Positions 31,172 to 42,038 of a stretch of DNA of 64,000 bases are shown here, in pieces. The stretch comes from an uncultured Verrucomicrobiae bacterium (GTDB lineage: Bacteria; Verrucomicrobiota; Verrucomicrobiia; Chthoniobacterales; UBA10450). A model generated the notes under the pieces. The model had not been told where the DNA came from and did no database searches. It was given only the letters and a program-made list of their open reading frames with translations. Both the position numbers and the translations under genes were made by a program. Numbering within the stretch: the stretch's first letter is position 1; the number at the start of each line of letters is the position of its first letter. The stretch spans positions 160,001 through 224,000 of the forward strand of contig CAVYXA010000001.1 of the NCBI GenBank assembly GCA_963772365.1, in the 5' to 3' direction.

Positions 31172-31765
31172 ATGCCTTCCATCGGAATCACGGGTGGAGT
31201 CGCCACCGGAAAATCGAGCTTCGTGAATTGCCTGCGAGAACTGCTTCCCGCAGCAAGATTCTTTAATGCGGATGTGGCAGCGCGTGAAATTGTCGATCTT
31301 CCGGAAGTGAAACAGGAGTTGGTTGAACCCTTCGGCCAGGAGATTTTTTCCAGCACGGGCGACTTGAATCGGGAGATGCTTCGGGCCATAATCTTTGCTG
31401 ACGCAGCGAAAAAACGCGCGCTCGAACAAATTCTCCATCCGCGGATTCGACAGCAATGGAGCGCTTTGGCGGAAACCCATCGTAATTCTCCGGATTTTTT
31501 CTTTGCCGATATTCCTCTCCTGTATGAAACCGGTGGCGAAAGCTTGTGCGATCGAGTCGTGGTCGTGGCCTGCTCGCCGAAAATCCAGCTAGCCCGTCTG
31601 ATCGAAAGAATGTCAATCAAACAACCCGACGCCGAGGAAATGATCCATTGGCAAATGCCTTTGCCCGAAAAAATCCGACGAGCCGATCACGTAGTTTGGA
31701 ATAATGGAGATCAAACGGGATTGGTGGAACAGGCCCGCCTTCTTCTGAGTTTGTGGCGAACGTAA
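31172..31765 (+). CDS. coaE: Dephospho-CoA kinase
   Basis: IGITGGVATGKS, LEQILHPRI, DIPLLYE and ADHVVWNNG motifs. Confidence 0.96.
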   Translation: MPSIGITGGVATGKSSFVNCLRELLPAARFFNADVAAREIVDLPEVKQELVEPFGQEIFSSTGDLNREMLRAIIFADAAKKRALEQILHPRIRQQWSALAETHRNSPDFFFADIPLLYETGGESLCDRVVVVACSPKIQLARLIERMSIKQPDAEEMIHWQMPLPEKIRRADHVVWNNGDQTGLVEQARLLLSLWRT

Positions 31766-31828
31766 CGACAATGACGGCTCGCAGGCCGTCCGGCGCGCTC
31801 TGCGATTGCGCCCTTACCAAATTTTGAA

Positions 31829-33223
31829 ATGGACGAAGAGATAACGAAACAAGAAACAGCTGAAACTGAAGCTCAGCTGGAGTCTGCTGTCGGCGAGACG
31901 CAAGCCCCAGAGCCTCTGACTGAGGAATTCACTTCGCAGACAACGGCGAATCAACCGCCGCCGCTTGCAAATCTGGATTTGAACGAACTGCAAAATTTTT
32001 CCGACGCCAAACTGAAAGCCCTGGCGCGCGAGTTCGATTTTCATCTGAGCCCGATGCGCTCGGGTCATCAGCAGATTTACGATTTCGTCCGACACGCCCT
32101 GAGCCGCGGCACTGCCATCACTGCGACCGGATTTCTGGATGTTGTTGGCGATTCCTTCGGGATGCTGCGCTGGCCGGCTCTGAATTTTCTTCCTGTCGCC
32201 GAAGATGTATGTGTGCCGCGCGCGATCATTCAGCAATTCCATCTCCGTTCGGGTCACGCGATTTCCGGAACGCTGCGTCTGCCGCGGGAGCGTGAGAAAG
32301 GTCTGGTGCTCGATCAGCTCACCACGATCGAAGGAATTCCGGCCGAGGAATGGAACCCGCCACCGGATTTTGAAAAGCTAACGCCGCAATTTCCGCAGGG
32401 AAGAATCATGCTCGAAAACCCGAAGACGAACTCGATCAGTGCTCGGGCGATCGATCTTTTGACGCCGCTCGGGCGCGGCCAGCGCGGGTTGATTGTGGCA
32501 CCGCCGCGTGTGGGCAAGACGATTTTGCTCAAGGAAATCGCCAAAGCGATCCGGGCGAATTATCCCGACATCGTCCTGATTTTACTGCTGGTGGATGAGC
32601 GGCCGGAGGAAGTGACCGATCTCCAACGCGAGATCGACTGCGAAGTATATCATTCGAATTTCGACGAAACCGTCCATCGACATGTGGAAGTCGCCGAGAT
32701 GGTGTTGGAGCGGGCAAAGCGTCTGGTGGAATTGAAGAAAGACGTCGTCCTTCTGCTCGACAGCATCACTCGATTGTCCCGCGGCTACAATAATGTGCAG
32801 TCGAGCAAGGGCCGGATCATGTCAGGCGGCGTGGAGGCAAAAGCTCTGACCAAGCCCAAAAAGTTTTTCGGCTCGGCCCGCAACGCGGAAGAGGGAGGCA
32901 GCCTCACCGTTCTGGCCACGGCGTTGATCGAAACCGGCAGCCGAATGGACGAAGTGATCTTCGAGGAATTCAAAGGCACGGGAAACATGGAGCTGCACCT
33001 GGATCGGGCGCTTCAGGAAAAACGAATTTATCCCGCGATCCATCCCCTGCTTTCCGCCACGCGCCGCGACGAAATGCTCTATCATCCCGAAGAATGGGAA
33101 CGCGTCCTGATGCTGCGAAAAGCGATGACAGAAATGCCCCCGCTGGAAGGTATGGAGAAGCTTATTGAGAACCTGCACGCCACAAGGACGAACGCGGAAT
33201 TGTTGCTCAGCGGATTGAAGTAA
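31829..33223 (+). CDS. rho: Transcription termination factor Rho
   Basis: [35 protein letters not shown] and [12 protein letters not shown] motifs. Confidence 0.97.
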   Translation: MDEEITKQETAETEAQLESAVGETQAPEPLTEEFTSQTTANQPPPLANLDLNELQNFSDAKLKALAREFDFHLSPMRSGHQQIYDFVRHALSRGTAITATGFLDVVGDSFGMLRWPALNFLPVAEDVCVPRAIIQQFHLRSGHAISGTLRLPREREKGLVLDQLTTIEGIPAEEWNPPPDFEKLTPQFPQGRIMLENPKTNSISARAIDLLTPLGRGQRGLIVAPPRVGKTILLKEIAKAIRANYPDIVLILLLVDERPEEVTDLQREIDCEVYHSNFDETVHRHVEVAEMVLERAKRLVELKKDVVLLLDSITRLSRGYNNVQSSKGRIMSGGVEAKALTKPKKFFGSARNAEEGGSLTVLATALIETGSRMDEVIFEEFKGTGNMELHLDRALQEKRIYPAIHPLLSATRRDEMLYHPEEWERVLMLRKAMTEMPPLEGMEKLIENLHATRTNAELLLSGLK

Positions 33224-34339
33224 TGACGGAGCGCATTTCTTCAGCATCAGACGTTCGTCATTCGTCATCTCCGTCCCGGATCATCGACAATCCCGCCCAA
33301 CTTGGTGAACTGCTCGACAAAATCGCTCCCACTTCTCGCGTCGCCGTCGATACAGAAGCGGACAGCCTGCATTCCTATCGCGAGAAACTTTGCCTGCTTC
33401 AGTTGAGTGTCACGGACAACAGCCCACACGATTTCATTGTCGATCCTCTGGCCGATGTCGACCTTGCTCCGTTGCGGGAGACGCTGGAGAAAAAGGAAAT
33501 TGTCCTGCACGGCGCTGATTTCGATCTGCGAATGTTGCGGCGGGGAATAAATCTCAAAGCCCGCCAGATTTTCGACACCGTGATCGCAGCCCGGCTGCTC
33601 GGGATTCGGGAGTTCAGTCTCGCTGGCGTTGGTGAAGCGCTACTTTGGGGTCGAGCTTCCGAAAGGATCGCAAAAAGCAAACTGGGCTCAGCGGCCGCTG
33701 CCCAAACGAATGGTGGAATACGCCATCAACGATACTCGTTACTTGCTCCCGTTGGCCGACAAGCTGGAAGTGGAACTGGATCAACATCGGCGACTCGATT
33801 GGTTCCGGCAATCATGTGCCCGCGCCATCGAACAAGCAGCCGTGGAACGGATGCGAGGCGAAGATGAAGTGTGGCGGATCCGCGGGGCCGGCGCATTGCG
33901 CGGGAAAGCCGGTGCAGTGTTACGCGCATTGTGGAAATGGCGCGAGAAAGAAGCGGAAGCAGCCGATCGGCCCGCGTTTCACATTTTACAGAACCACGAA
34001 TTGCTTCGCTCGGCCGAGAAATTCACTGCGGGAGCTGTCCCCGATTATCGACATTTCTCGGAGCGACGACGCCGCAGTTTTCGCCAGGCGGCGGAACACG
34101 CATCGCAATTACCCCAAAAGGATTGGCCAGTCTGGCAGCGCCGTTCCGGAAACCGTCCCAGCACCGATGCAATCCGGCGCATGGAAGAATTGCGAGAGCG
34201 CCGGGACCGGGCGGCGCACGATCTCAAGCTCGAGGCTGCGTTTGTAGCGCCACGCGGGACATTGGAAGCGATCGCAAGTGATTCTGCGCTCACCGAAACA
34301 TTGCTGGCGCCGTGGCAGCGCGAATTGCTGCAAAACTAG
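33223..34339 (+). CDS. rnd: Ribonuclease D (3'-5' exonuclease plus HRDC domains), one frameshift near 33628
   Basis: VAVDTEADS, LHGADFDLR and FDTVIAARLLG in frame 1; SQKANWAQRPL...YAIND and the HRDC region in frame 2. Confidence 0.9.
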
Positions 34340-34515
34340 ACAGAAGACAACGAAGGAAACAAAGGCTTTCCACATTCTGTTCACCAATGGACTGCGTTAT
34401 CTTTGCTTCCTTTCCAGCCATCTTTGGTTCGGTGGCTCTTTGAAGCGGATCAAAATCGAAAACAGCGTTTGCTCGAAACTGCGTTCCCGGGCAGAATTCA
34501 GCCAGCATCATAATA

Positions 34516-36246
34516 ATGGAAAGATCTTCCTCAAGCAATCGCGCAGCACCTAAGAGGCAAATCGCTTTTTGGAAAGGCTTGCTCCTCGCCTTCAGCGTCG
34601 TCCTCGCAACTGCACTCGCCGTTCAAGTCAAAGCGGCCCCCAAAAAGAATTCCGACGCTGAGTCGAAGACTACGCCTACGCCCAGCGCAACCCCGAACTT
34701 TAAGCCTGAATCTGTCGCCAGCACAGGCAGCGTGACGGTTGAAGGCAGCGCAATCTCGTATCAGGCCGTGGCCGGCACGATCGTCGTCCATCCCAAAGGC
34801 TGGGATGACGCGGCCTCAGCCGCGCACTGGGAGAACAAGGAAAACCAGGAGAACAAAGAGAGCGAGGAACGGGAAGAGAGCGGAGAGCAGCACAAGAACC
34901 CGACGGCCGAAGCCTCGATGTTCTACGTCTCTTATACGAAACAGAATGTGGAAGCGAATAAACGGCCCGTTACATTCCTCTTCAACGGCGGACCCGGTTC
35001 TTCCACCGTCTGGTTGCACATGGGCGCCTTTGGACCGCGCCGAGTGATCACCGCGGACAATTCGCATACCCCGGCCGCGCCCTATCAAATTGTCAATAAC
35101 GACTACAGCCTGCTCGACGCCAGCGATCTGGTTTTTGTCGATGCTCCCGGCACCGGATTCAGTCGCATCGCCGGTAAAGACAAGGAAAAAGAGTTTTACG
35201 GTGTCGACCCCGACGCGCACGCCTTCGCGGAATTCATCGTGGCGTATCTCACGAAATACGGACGCTGGAATTCGCCCAAGTATCTCTTCGGCGAAAGCTA
35301 CGGCACGCCGCGGTCCGCTGTGCTGGTGAACCTGCTCGCACACGAATACGACGTCGATTTCAATGGCGTCATCCTGCTCTCCCAGATCCTGAGTTTTGAT
35401 CTGAGCGTGGACGAACCGGAAACCAATCCCGGAATCGATCTGCCTTACATCGTGGCGCTGCCCACGTATGCCGCCACCGCCTGGTACCATCACAGGTTAT
35501 CCGGGCCGAATCCTCCCGCTCAGCTTGAACCGTTTCTCAAAGAAGTGGAGCAGTTCGCGATGCAGGAGTACACGCATGCACTCGCGGAAGGAGCGGCTCT
35601 GCCGAAAGACCGACGCCAGGCCGTTGCCGAGAAACTGCATGCCTACACCGGTCTGCCTGTCAGCTATATTCTAAAGGCCAACTTGCGCATCGACGGCGGC
35701 GAGTTTTCGAAAAATCTCCAGGAAGATACCGACACCACCACTGGCCGGCTCGACACGCGCTTTTCCGGGCCCACCATGGATCCGCTGAGCAAAGAAGCCG
35801 ATTACGATCCGCAGGCCGCCGCCATCAGTTCCGCTTACGTCTCCGCCTTCAACGACTACGTGAGAAAATCTTTGCACTACGGGCAGGACAAAATCTTTAA
35901 ACCCGGAATCCAGATCTGGAAGACCTGGAATTACCAACATCAGCCACCGGGGGCGGACCGGCCGTTGCAGCAGGCGACTAACACCATGCCGGATTTAGCC
36001 AGCGCCATGAAATACAATCCGGAACTTCGAATCCTTCTGACCGGCGGCTATTTCGACCTGGCCACGCCGTATTACGAAGGTTGGTACGAAATGCACCACC
36101 TCCAGATTCCGGAAGCGCTCCAGGATCACATTCAATATCGCTACTATCAGTCGGGCCACATGGTCTACGCTCATCAGGAATCGCTTAAAGCCCTCCACGA
36201 CGACGCGGCGTCCTTCATCCACTCGACCGATCACCTCGGCAAATAA
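34516..36246 (+). CDS. Secreted serine carboxypeptidase, peptidase S10
   Basis: FNGGPGSS, DAPGTGFS, GESYG, GYFDLATP and SGHMVY motifs. Confidence 0.95.
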   Translation: MERSSSSNRAAPKRQIAFWKGLLLAFSVVLATALAVQVKAAPKKNSDAESKTTPTPSATPNFKPESVASTGSVTVEGSAISYQAVAGTIVVHPKGWDDAASAAHWENKENQENKESEEREESGEQHKNPTAEASMFYVSYTKQNVEANKRPVTFLFNGGPGSSTVWLHMGAFGPRRVITADNSHTPAAPYQIVNNDYSLLDASDLVFVDAPGTGFSRIAGKDKEKEFYGVDPDAHAFAEFIVAYLTKYGRWNSPKYLFGESYGTPRSAVLVNLLAHEYDVDFNGVILLSQILSFDLSVDEPETNPGIDLPYIVALPTYAATAWYHHRLSGPNPPAQLEPFLKEVEQFAMQEYTHALAEGAALPKDRRQAVAEKLHAYTGLPVSYILKANLRIDGGEFSKNLQEDTDTTTGRLDTRFSGPTMDPLSKEADYDPQAAAISSAYVSAFNDYVRKSLHYGQDKIFKPGIQIWKTWNYQHQPPGADRPLQQATNTMPDLASAMKYNPELRILLTGGYFDLATPYYEGWYEMHHLQIPEALQDHIQYRYYQSGHMVYAHQESLKALHDDAASFIHSTDHLGK

Positions 36247-36509
36247 TTCGTCGGCGATCGCGACGGGGTAGGGCGGCGCGCGGCATTCGTTCGGTTCTTT
36301 GCTGAAGAATGAAGAGATCGCCTAACGGACTAAAACCAATTCCCGAAAAAGATATGCCGAACTGAGCCCGCGAAACACGCGAGCGAAACTGCGGTGTATC
36401 TTTCAATTCTTCGGAATCGGCGAGTGATGTTGTTGACCGACGTGCCTGCGGTAAGGTTTGGGGGATGATCCGCGCACGCTTATCCGAACGCGTCAGTCGC
36501 GCACGGGCC

Positions 36510-37571
36510 ATGACGATTTCCGGTAGAGATCGCCTGGAGATAATTTGGATCGATCAAGCACCGCTGCGAGCCAATGCCGTCGCCGAATGCACCGACATGA
36601 TGGTGCGTCTGGAGCGAGCGCGATTTGGCTGGCAACAGTTTGAACGACAGGACAAGCCCGCGTTCGTCCGGTGGCGGGCCCGTGAGTTTGGCGCGTTGCT
36701 TAGCACCGCGCGGGATGTCGAGGATAAGATTCGGGACGCGCAAAACATCATTCATGAAGTGGAGATTGAAATGCGGCAACACATCCAGGATCCGCAGGGC
36801 GCCTATCGGCGCGTGCTGTTTCGACGCGAAAATCCGGGGGTTGCCGATGAGCGCGAGACTTTCTCTTATAGATCGCGATCGACACCTCATCTGAGCGAAT
36901 TCGAGCAGGAAGCTCTGTTTCAAGAATGGGTGAAAACATCTTTTGGCACGAACCCGATCAAGATGGATGACGACGTTTATTCGAGAAGCTTTGAAGTTTT
37001 TAAATCGCATATGTTCGTTAGGCCCGAAAGCGCTCCGAGTCGATCTGATCCCCGGCCGGCGGGGGTTCGGCCTTCTGCGGTTGATGAAGAGCCGGCGGGC
37101 CCAACTGAACCGGGGACGATTGATCCGCGGGTAAAGGAAATCTATCGGCGGCTCGTGCGTCGATTACATCCCGACTTGCGCGCCGATGGGGATGCGTCGG
37201 TTTCTTCGCTTTGGCATGAAGTCCAGGAGGCATATGCGGCTGGTGACGTTGCCCGCATGGAACTTCTACTGGCGCTCAGTGATTTGTCGGATGCGCCCGG
37301 CGCTGGCACAACCTTAGCACAGATGCGCTCGCTCCTCGGCGAATTGACACGGTCCGTGCGCGCGTTGGAGTTAAGCCTGGTCGAAGCCGGGCGGGAAGAT
37401 TCATGGAACTTCGCCCGAATAGGTCCATCGGAGGGTCTGCGGGTGCGCGTGGAGCGGCAATTGAAACATGATCTCGCGCTGCGACAACAGCGCCTGGAGC
37501 TGCTCACGAAAACGATTGCCGGATGGGCTGAGCGACCGCAGTTGAGTAGAGAGACATTGAGGACTGGTTGA
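36510..37571 (+). CDS. Coiled-coil protein with internal J-like domain (start uncertain, possibly 36465)
   Basis: VKEIYRRLVRRLHPDL...WHEVQEAY contains the HPD motif. Confidence 0.8.
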   Translation: MTISGRDRLEIIWIDQAPLRANAVAECTDMMVRLERARFGWQQFERQDKPAFVRWRAREFGALLSTARDVEDKIRDAQNIIHEVEIEMRQHIQDPQGAYRRVLFRRENPGVADERETFSYRSRSTPHLSEFEQEALFQEWVKTSFGTNPIKMDDDVYSRSFEVFKSHMFVRPESAPSRSDPRPAGVRPSAVDEEPAGPTEPGTIDPRVKEIYRRLVRRLHPDLRADGDASVSSLWHEVQEAYAAGDVARMELLLALSDLSDAPGAGTTLAQMRSLLGELTRSVRALELSLVEAGREDSWNFARIGPSEGLRVRVERQLKHDLALRQQRLELLTKTIAGWAERPQLSRETLRTG

Positions 37572-37780
37572 ATTCATCGAATGCTTTCCAACTGTTAGCC
37601 GCGAGATGGCGCACCGGGTGTTAGAGCAATCGAAAGACGCGCTGCTTCAGCCTGCGTGAATCCGTTGTATTGAAATTCCTCTCTAGCGTATCTACGCGAA
37701 GACGTAATGTCCGGGGATCGCACGCGCCTCGCGTGCTGGCGATGGCGCCCTCGCCATCGCGAACTTTAGAGTCTTATTCC

Positions 37781-38341
37781 ATGCCCGCCTCCAAACCCAC
37801 CATCTACCTCATCGCCGGCTGCACAGTGCCGGTAAAACCACTTTCGCCAAAGAATTTCTTCCGCATGAAGTGAAATGTCAGCGCTTCTACAACGCGGACG
37901 AGATTGCACGCGGCCTGTCGCCGCTTGATCCATCCGCCGGCGCGATCAAAGCCGGCCGTCTGCTTCTGAGCGAAGTGCGCGACTCGATAACTGAACAATG
38001 AAACCTTCGCTTTGGAAAGCACGCTTAGTGGCAAGACGTACGTTCGCATCTTCCAGCGCGCATTTTCGTTAGGCGTCGAATTGGAGCTTCATTATCTTTG
38101 GCCCTCACAAGTTGAGCAGGCGATCGCCCGCGTGCGCCGCCGCGTTCGCATGGGAGGACACAATGTTCCAACTACGGACGTCCACCGTCGATTCAACCGT
38201 AGTTTCAATCACTTGGTTGATGATTATCTTCCCCTCGCGACTCGTTGGGCGATCTGGGACAACCGTGGACTCCCCGCGAAACGACTCGCGACTTCCGCGA
38301 CCAATGATGTAAATTCAGTTCGCCGAATACTCGGAGTATGA
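37781..38341 (+). pseudogene. Zeta-toxin-like / AAA P-loop ATPase with at least two frameshifts (pseudogene or sequencing error)
   Basis: IYLIAGC then (N)SAGKTTFAKEFL, NADEIARGLSP, FALESTLSG and RVRMGGHNVP spread over three frames. Confidence 0.8.
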
Positions 38342-38520
38342 AAAGGAATCAGCGGAGCAATGGCGCGAAAAGGCCGCCGGTCTTTGTTGCCCGCGCGGAA
38401 CGCGCATTCAGTCGGGTGGCGCGCAAGCTGCGCGCAGAGAATCGAAAGCGCGGAATGTCGCGAGTCGTCTGGCCGAATGGGGGACCATGCGGCTCGTTGA
38501 AAGGCACTAGGGCGATGGAC
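38338..38520 (+). CDS. Small basic partner of the zeta-like ATPase, putative antitoxin; 3' end uncertain
   Basis: ATGA overlap with the ATPase; AERAFSRVARKLRAENRKRGMSRVVWPNG. The ORF reads on to 38784 through repeat-like DNA. Confidence 0.45.
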
Positions 38521-38858
38521 GTATTCATGTCCGAGCGGAAGCGCGAACGTGAAGAGAGCCACGAACTGCCGTCGAAAAATTCTAAAAAAATGACGGTGCT
38601 CGGTACCGTCGGTCTTTTGCTCGTCACTGGTCACATTGTCGCTCGTCACTGCCTACAGACGCGTGGCGCAGCTTTACGCGGTCGCAACGCTCGAGCAGGC
38701 AAAATCGCGAGGCCTCGAATATGTGTCTTCATAAGAGCGCTTGATTTTTTGAATATTTCTGCAAAGCATCTCGTGTCTCACTGAGTCGCGGAAAAGACCC
38801 GCAGCATTCGGTGCACCAGGAACCGTTGGTCGAGCATAGTAACAAAAGGAGATTCTGA

Positions 38859-39833
38859 ATGAGCCTGTTTAACGTTACCACGAAGCTTTGGCCAAGCGGC
38901 GCAAGTCTCGATACCGGCACGGACGACAACGTCGTCTCGGTGCCGCCGGGATCGGCGTCGTTCGACCGTCATGCGGCGCTGTTTGTAACTTCTCCGGATG
39001 GCACGGAGAATTTCGAATTCCTCTTCTGGAATACCGGCAGAAACATCACCAACAAGCGCCATGTGCATTGGGACTTCAGCGCCGGCGGCTGGACCACGTG
39101 GACCGCGACCAAGTGGTACGGCGTGCCAGGCAACGGAAACGGCGGACATGAAGTCCGCGTCGATCCCTTCAGCATCGCCAGCAATGGCCCGCTCACAAGC
39201 AGCGGCACAGCTATCGATTCCTCCGCCAGCTCGTTTCCGCCCGGCGCTTATCCGGACATGGGCGACGACCATCTCATCGATACCGAAGACGGAGCGGTGG
39301 ATGTGGCCGCGAAAAGTTCTCTCGCCTCCCAGCAATTCGCCGGCTGGGACCAATTGATCTGGGGCGGCGACGACTCGGATGTTTTCCTTGAATCGGATGC
39401 CGGCGCGTCGCAGGGATCGCCTGGGTTTTACCCGATCGGCAGTGGCCCCTTCCATGTCGGGCAGGGCGGCAGCGCGATTCTTCTGGCCCTGTACGGCAAC
39501 AGCAGCATCGTGAAGTTCTACAAGGAAAACCTGAAGAGCGAGATTGATGTCACCAAGGGTTTCCTGTCGGACTTCCCCAAACTAAAGGATAACGAAGGCG
39601 ATTTCCGGCAGCGTTACACTGGCGATCCACAGTGGGCGCAGGTCATACGGCTCATTGTGGAACGCTCGGATCAGTTACAGCAACAAGTTACCGAGTTGCG
39701 TTCCTTCATCCGCGCCCAGGAGCGGCCGCAGGTAGGGCGTGAAGTATTAATGGGCCGGCCGACACAGGTAGGGCGTGAAGCGGTAAAACAAAGCCGGCCG
39801 ACACAGTCGCGGAAGCGCAGCAGAAAGCGGTAG
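38859..39833 (+). CDS. Hypothetical protein, candidate substrate of the downstream ATP-grasp pair
   Basis: AGGAG RBS. Two beta-rich units (F.FW...A.KWYG and F.GW...LALYG), a K/E/D-rich stretch, a coiled coil, and an FIRAQERPQVG tail. Confidence 0.85.
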   Translation: MSLFNVTTKLWPSGASLDTGTDDNVVSVPPGSASFDRHAALFVTSPDGTENFEFLFWNTGRNITNKRHVHWDFSAGGWTTWTATKWYGVPGNGNGGHEVRVDPFSIASNGPLTSSGTAIDSSASSFPPGAYPDMGDDHLIDTEDGAVDVAAKSSLASQQFAGWDQLIWGGDDSDVFLESDAGASQGSPGFYPIGSGPFHVGQGGSAILLALYGNSSIVKFYKENLKSEIDVTKGFLSDFPKLKDNEGDFRQRYTGDPQWAQVIRLIVERSDQLQQQVTELRSFIRAQERPQVGREVLMGRPTQVGREAVKQSRPTQSRKRSRKR

Positions 39834-39836
39834 CGC

Positions 39837-40538
39837 GTGCTGGTGGTGGTCGCGAGCCGCCACGACCCCGGTGCGTGCGAGATCGTGCAACGATGGGAGC
39901 GCTGGGGCGCAGCGCTCCTGGGCTGTGAGGATTTGTCCGTCCCAGGATGGCGTTACAGCCCATCAAATCGCGCGGCGTCGCGCGCGGTGGTGAGCGGACG
40001 GGTCGTCCCCGACAAATCAATTCGCGGTGTGCTGCTCCGGCGACCGCTGATTCTCGAGCAGGAATTGATGCACATCGCTCCCGCGGATCGCGAATTTGTC
40101 GCCGCGGAAATGAGCGCCTTTCTGCTGGCCTGGCTGTCGGAATTACCCTGCCCTGTGCTCAATCGTCCCCAGGGCGCGTCGCTCTGCGGCCCAAACTGGC
40201 GGCCACAACAATGGGCACACATGGCCGCGAAGGCCGGCTTCCACGTCGATCCCGCCCGCTGCCAGATACCGGCCGACGCAAAGGCCGAAGGCGAAGAGAA
40301 TTTGCCCGCCGCGCAACCCGTGAAGGCGGTGGTGGTGGGCGACCGTTGCCTGGGAGACGTGAGCGACGCGCAGGCAGCCGCTGCCATAAAACTCGCGGCA
40401 GCGGCGGGCGTGGCGTTGCTGGCGGTCTGGCTTGTGCCTTCGAAGCGCAGGAGCCGATTCGTCGCGGCCAATCCAATGCCGGACCTGAACGACTCCTGCG
40501 TCGCGGACGCGGTTTGCGATTACCTTTTGAAAAACTGA
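39837..40538 (+). CDS. Truncated or degenerate ATP-grasp-like protein
   Basis: GTG start 3 nt after the upstream stop. DREFVAAEMSAFLLAWL...PVLNRP and VVVGD parallel the next gene, but the central KxxSG and FQEY motifs are absent. Confidence 0.75.
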   Translation: MLVVVASRHDPGACEIVQRWERWGAALLGCEDLSVPGWRYSPSNRAASRAVVSGRVVPDKSIRGVLLRRPLILEQELMHIAPADREFVAAEMSAFLLAWLSELPCPVLNRPQGASLCGPNWRPQQWAHMAAKAGFHVDPARCQIPADAKAEGEENLPAAQPVKAVVVGDRCLGDVSDAQAAAAIKLAAAAGVALLAVWLVPSKRRSRFVAANPMPDLNDSCVADAVCDYLLKN

Positions 40539-40550
40539 TCTCCAACTCCG

Positions 40551-41489
40551 ATGCGCACGATCCTGCTATGGGGCCTCGCCGCTGATCCTCCGCTGAGTTT
40601 GGTGCGCGCCGGCTTGTCTCGCGCGGGCGTTCCTCTCATTTTCCTCGACCAGCAACGCGTGCTGGAATGCAAGCTCGAGTTGGTAGTCGATCGCGAGGTG
40701 CAGGGCACGTTGCGGATTTTGCGCAAGGCGATCGACCTCGCCGCGATCGGCGCGGTGTACGTGCGGCCGTACGATGTGCGGCAGATTCAGGCGCTCGAAG
40801 GAAAACGCAGTGGCGATACGGCGTTCGATCGCGCACTTGCTTTCGAAGATGCGTTTAGCTCCTGGCTCGAGATGACTCCGGCGCTGGTCGTTAACCGGCC
40901 TTCAGCGATGTCTTCAAACAATTCCAAGCCGTACCAGATGGAGTTGATCCGTGCCGCCGGATTCGACGTTCCGCGCACGCTGGTGACGACAGATGTTTCG
41001 GCCGTTCTCGAGTTCTGGGAAAAACATCACAGCGTCATTTATAAATCGGTCTCCGGAGTTCGCAGCATCGTCACACGGCTTCGCCCGGAACATCGCGAAC
41101 GGCTGCCGGATGTCTCTCATTGTCCGACGCAGTTTCAGGAATATATCGAGGGCACGGACATTCGGATCCATGTCGTCGGAGAAGAAGTGTTCGGATGCGA
41201 AATCCTGTCGGATGCCGACGACTATCGTTATCCCTTGCTCGCGAATTCGGGCGCGCAGGTGCGAAACTATCCTGTTCCCGCGGCTCTCGCCGACCGTTGC
41301 CGCCGCCTCGCCGCCGCGCTCAGTTTGCCTGTGGCCGGGATCGATCTGCGTCGGACTCCTTCCGGGCGCTTCTATTGTTTCGAAGCCAATCCCTCTCCCG
41401 GGTTCAGTTTCTATGAAGAGGCAACTGGGCAGCAGATCGGAGAGGCCATTGCCCGGCTTCTGGTCAATGCCGCGCGCGCGGAATCTTGA
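40551..41489 (+). CDS. RimK/MvdD-like ATP-grasp ligase
   Basis: VVNRP, SKPYQ, VPRTLVT, IYKSVSG, FQEYIEGTDIRIHVVG, GIDLR and CFEANPSPGF motifs. Confidence 0.92.
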   Translation: MRTILLWGLAADPPLSLVRAGLSRAGVPLIFLDQQRVLECKLELVVDREVQGTLRILRKAIDLAAIGAVYVRPYDVRQIQALEGKRSGDTAFDRALAFEDAFSSWLEMTPALVVNRPSAMSSNNSKPYQMELIRAAGFDVPRTLVTTDVSAVLEFWEKHHSVIYKSVSGVRSIVTRLRPEHRERLPDVSHCPTQFQEYIEGTDIRIHVVGEEVFGCEILSDADDYRYPLLANSGAQVRNYPVPAALADRCRRLAAALSLPVAGIDLRRTPSGRFYCFEANPSPGFSFYEEATGQQIGEAIARLLVNAARAES

Positions 41490-41717
41490 ATTGCGTTACG
41501 AATGCCCATCAAATTAGATGGCTAGCACGGCGACGTTCCGTGCATCTTCAACAATTATCCAAATCCCGCCGCCTTCATCGTGGACATAGGAAGATCAATG
41601 ACCAGGACGATCTCGTAGGCACGAGCGCATCACCGGCTTCGAGCTCGATCATCGGCCAGACGACCACGCCCATCGCCGCGCCTCCTCGGATGGAATTGCG
41701 AGAAGAGCGAAGGATGT

Positions 41718-41800
41718 GATCGTTGCGCGCTTCCTCCAGCGTTGTGCCTTGCGTGTTCGCACCGGGCAATTCCTCCACGAATGCGGCGTAGCCCTCGGGA
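41718..41800 (-). pseudogene. HicB-family antitoxin fragment
   Basis: PEGYAAFVEELPGANTQGTTLEEAR matches the HicB N-terminal motif; no normal start or C-terminus is seen. Confidence 0.7.
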
Positions 41801-42038
41801 AACGGGTTCAGATCGCTTTCCAGGAAAATAAAAATGCGCTACAAGTCATTCTGTGAATTCGTTTTTCGCCTTCGTTTCGGAAAAGGCTTTTGGGCAACAC
41901 GCCCTGAAGATCAGCCCCCGCGATTCTCCGCTGCCAGTAGTTTCGTTAGCTGGTCCACTCCGGAGGTTCCGATTCATTTGCCTTTTGCGCCTGCCGTGCA
42001 AGGATTCGGCTATCAGCCAAAGAATGAGGAGGCATCAA

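Noticed and set aside
33600..33660. Programmed frameshift in rnd
   Set aside because: No slippery heptamer, and similar single-base indels are scattered through the window; sequencing error is simpler.
38520..38784. C-terminal extension of the 38338 ORF as real coding sequence
   Set aside because: It runs through GCTCGTCACT-type intergenic repeats and lacks protein-like features.
41486..41719. 77-aa ORF as the graspetide precursor
   Set aside because: TTG start without RBS, no leader or repeated core pattern, and it abuts the HicB remnant; probably spurious.
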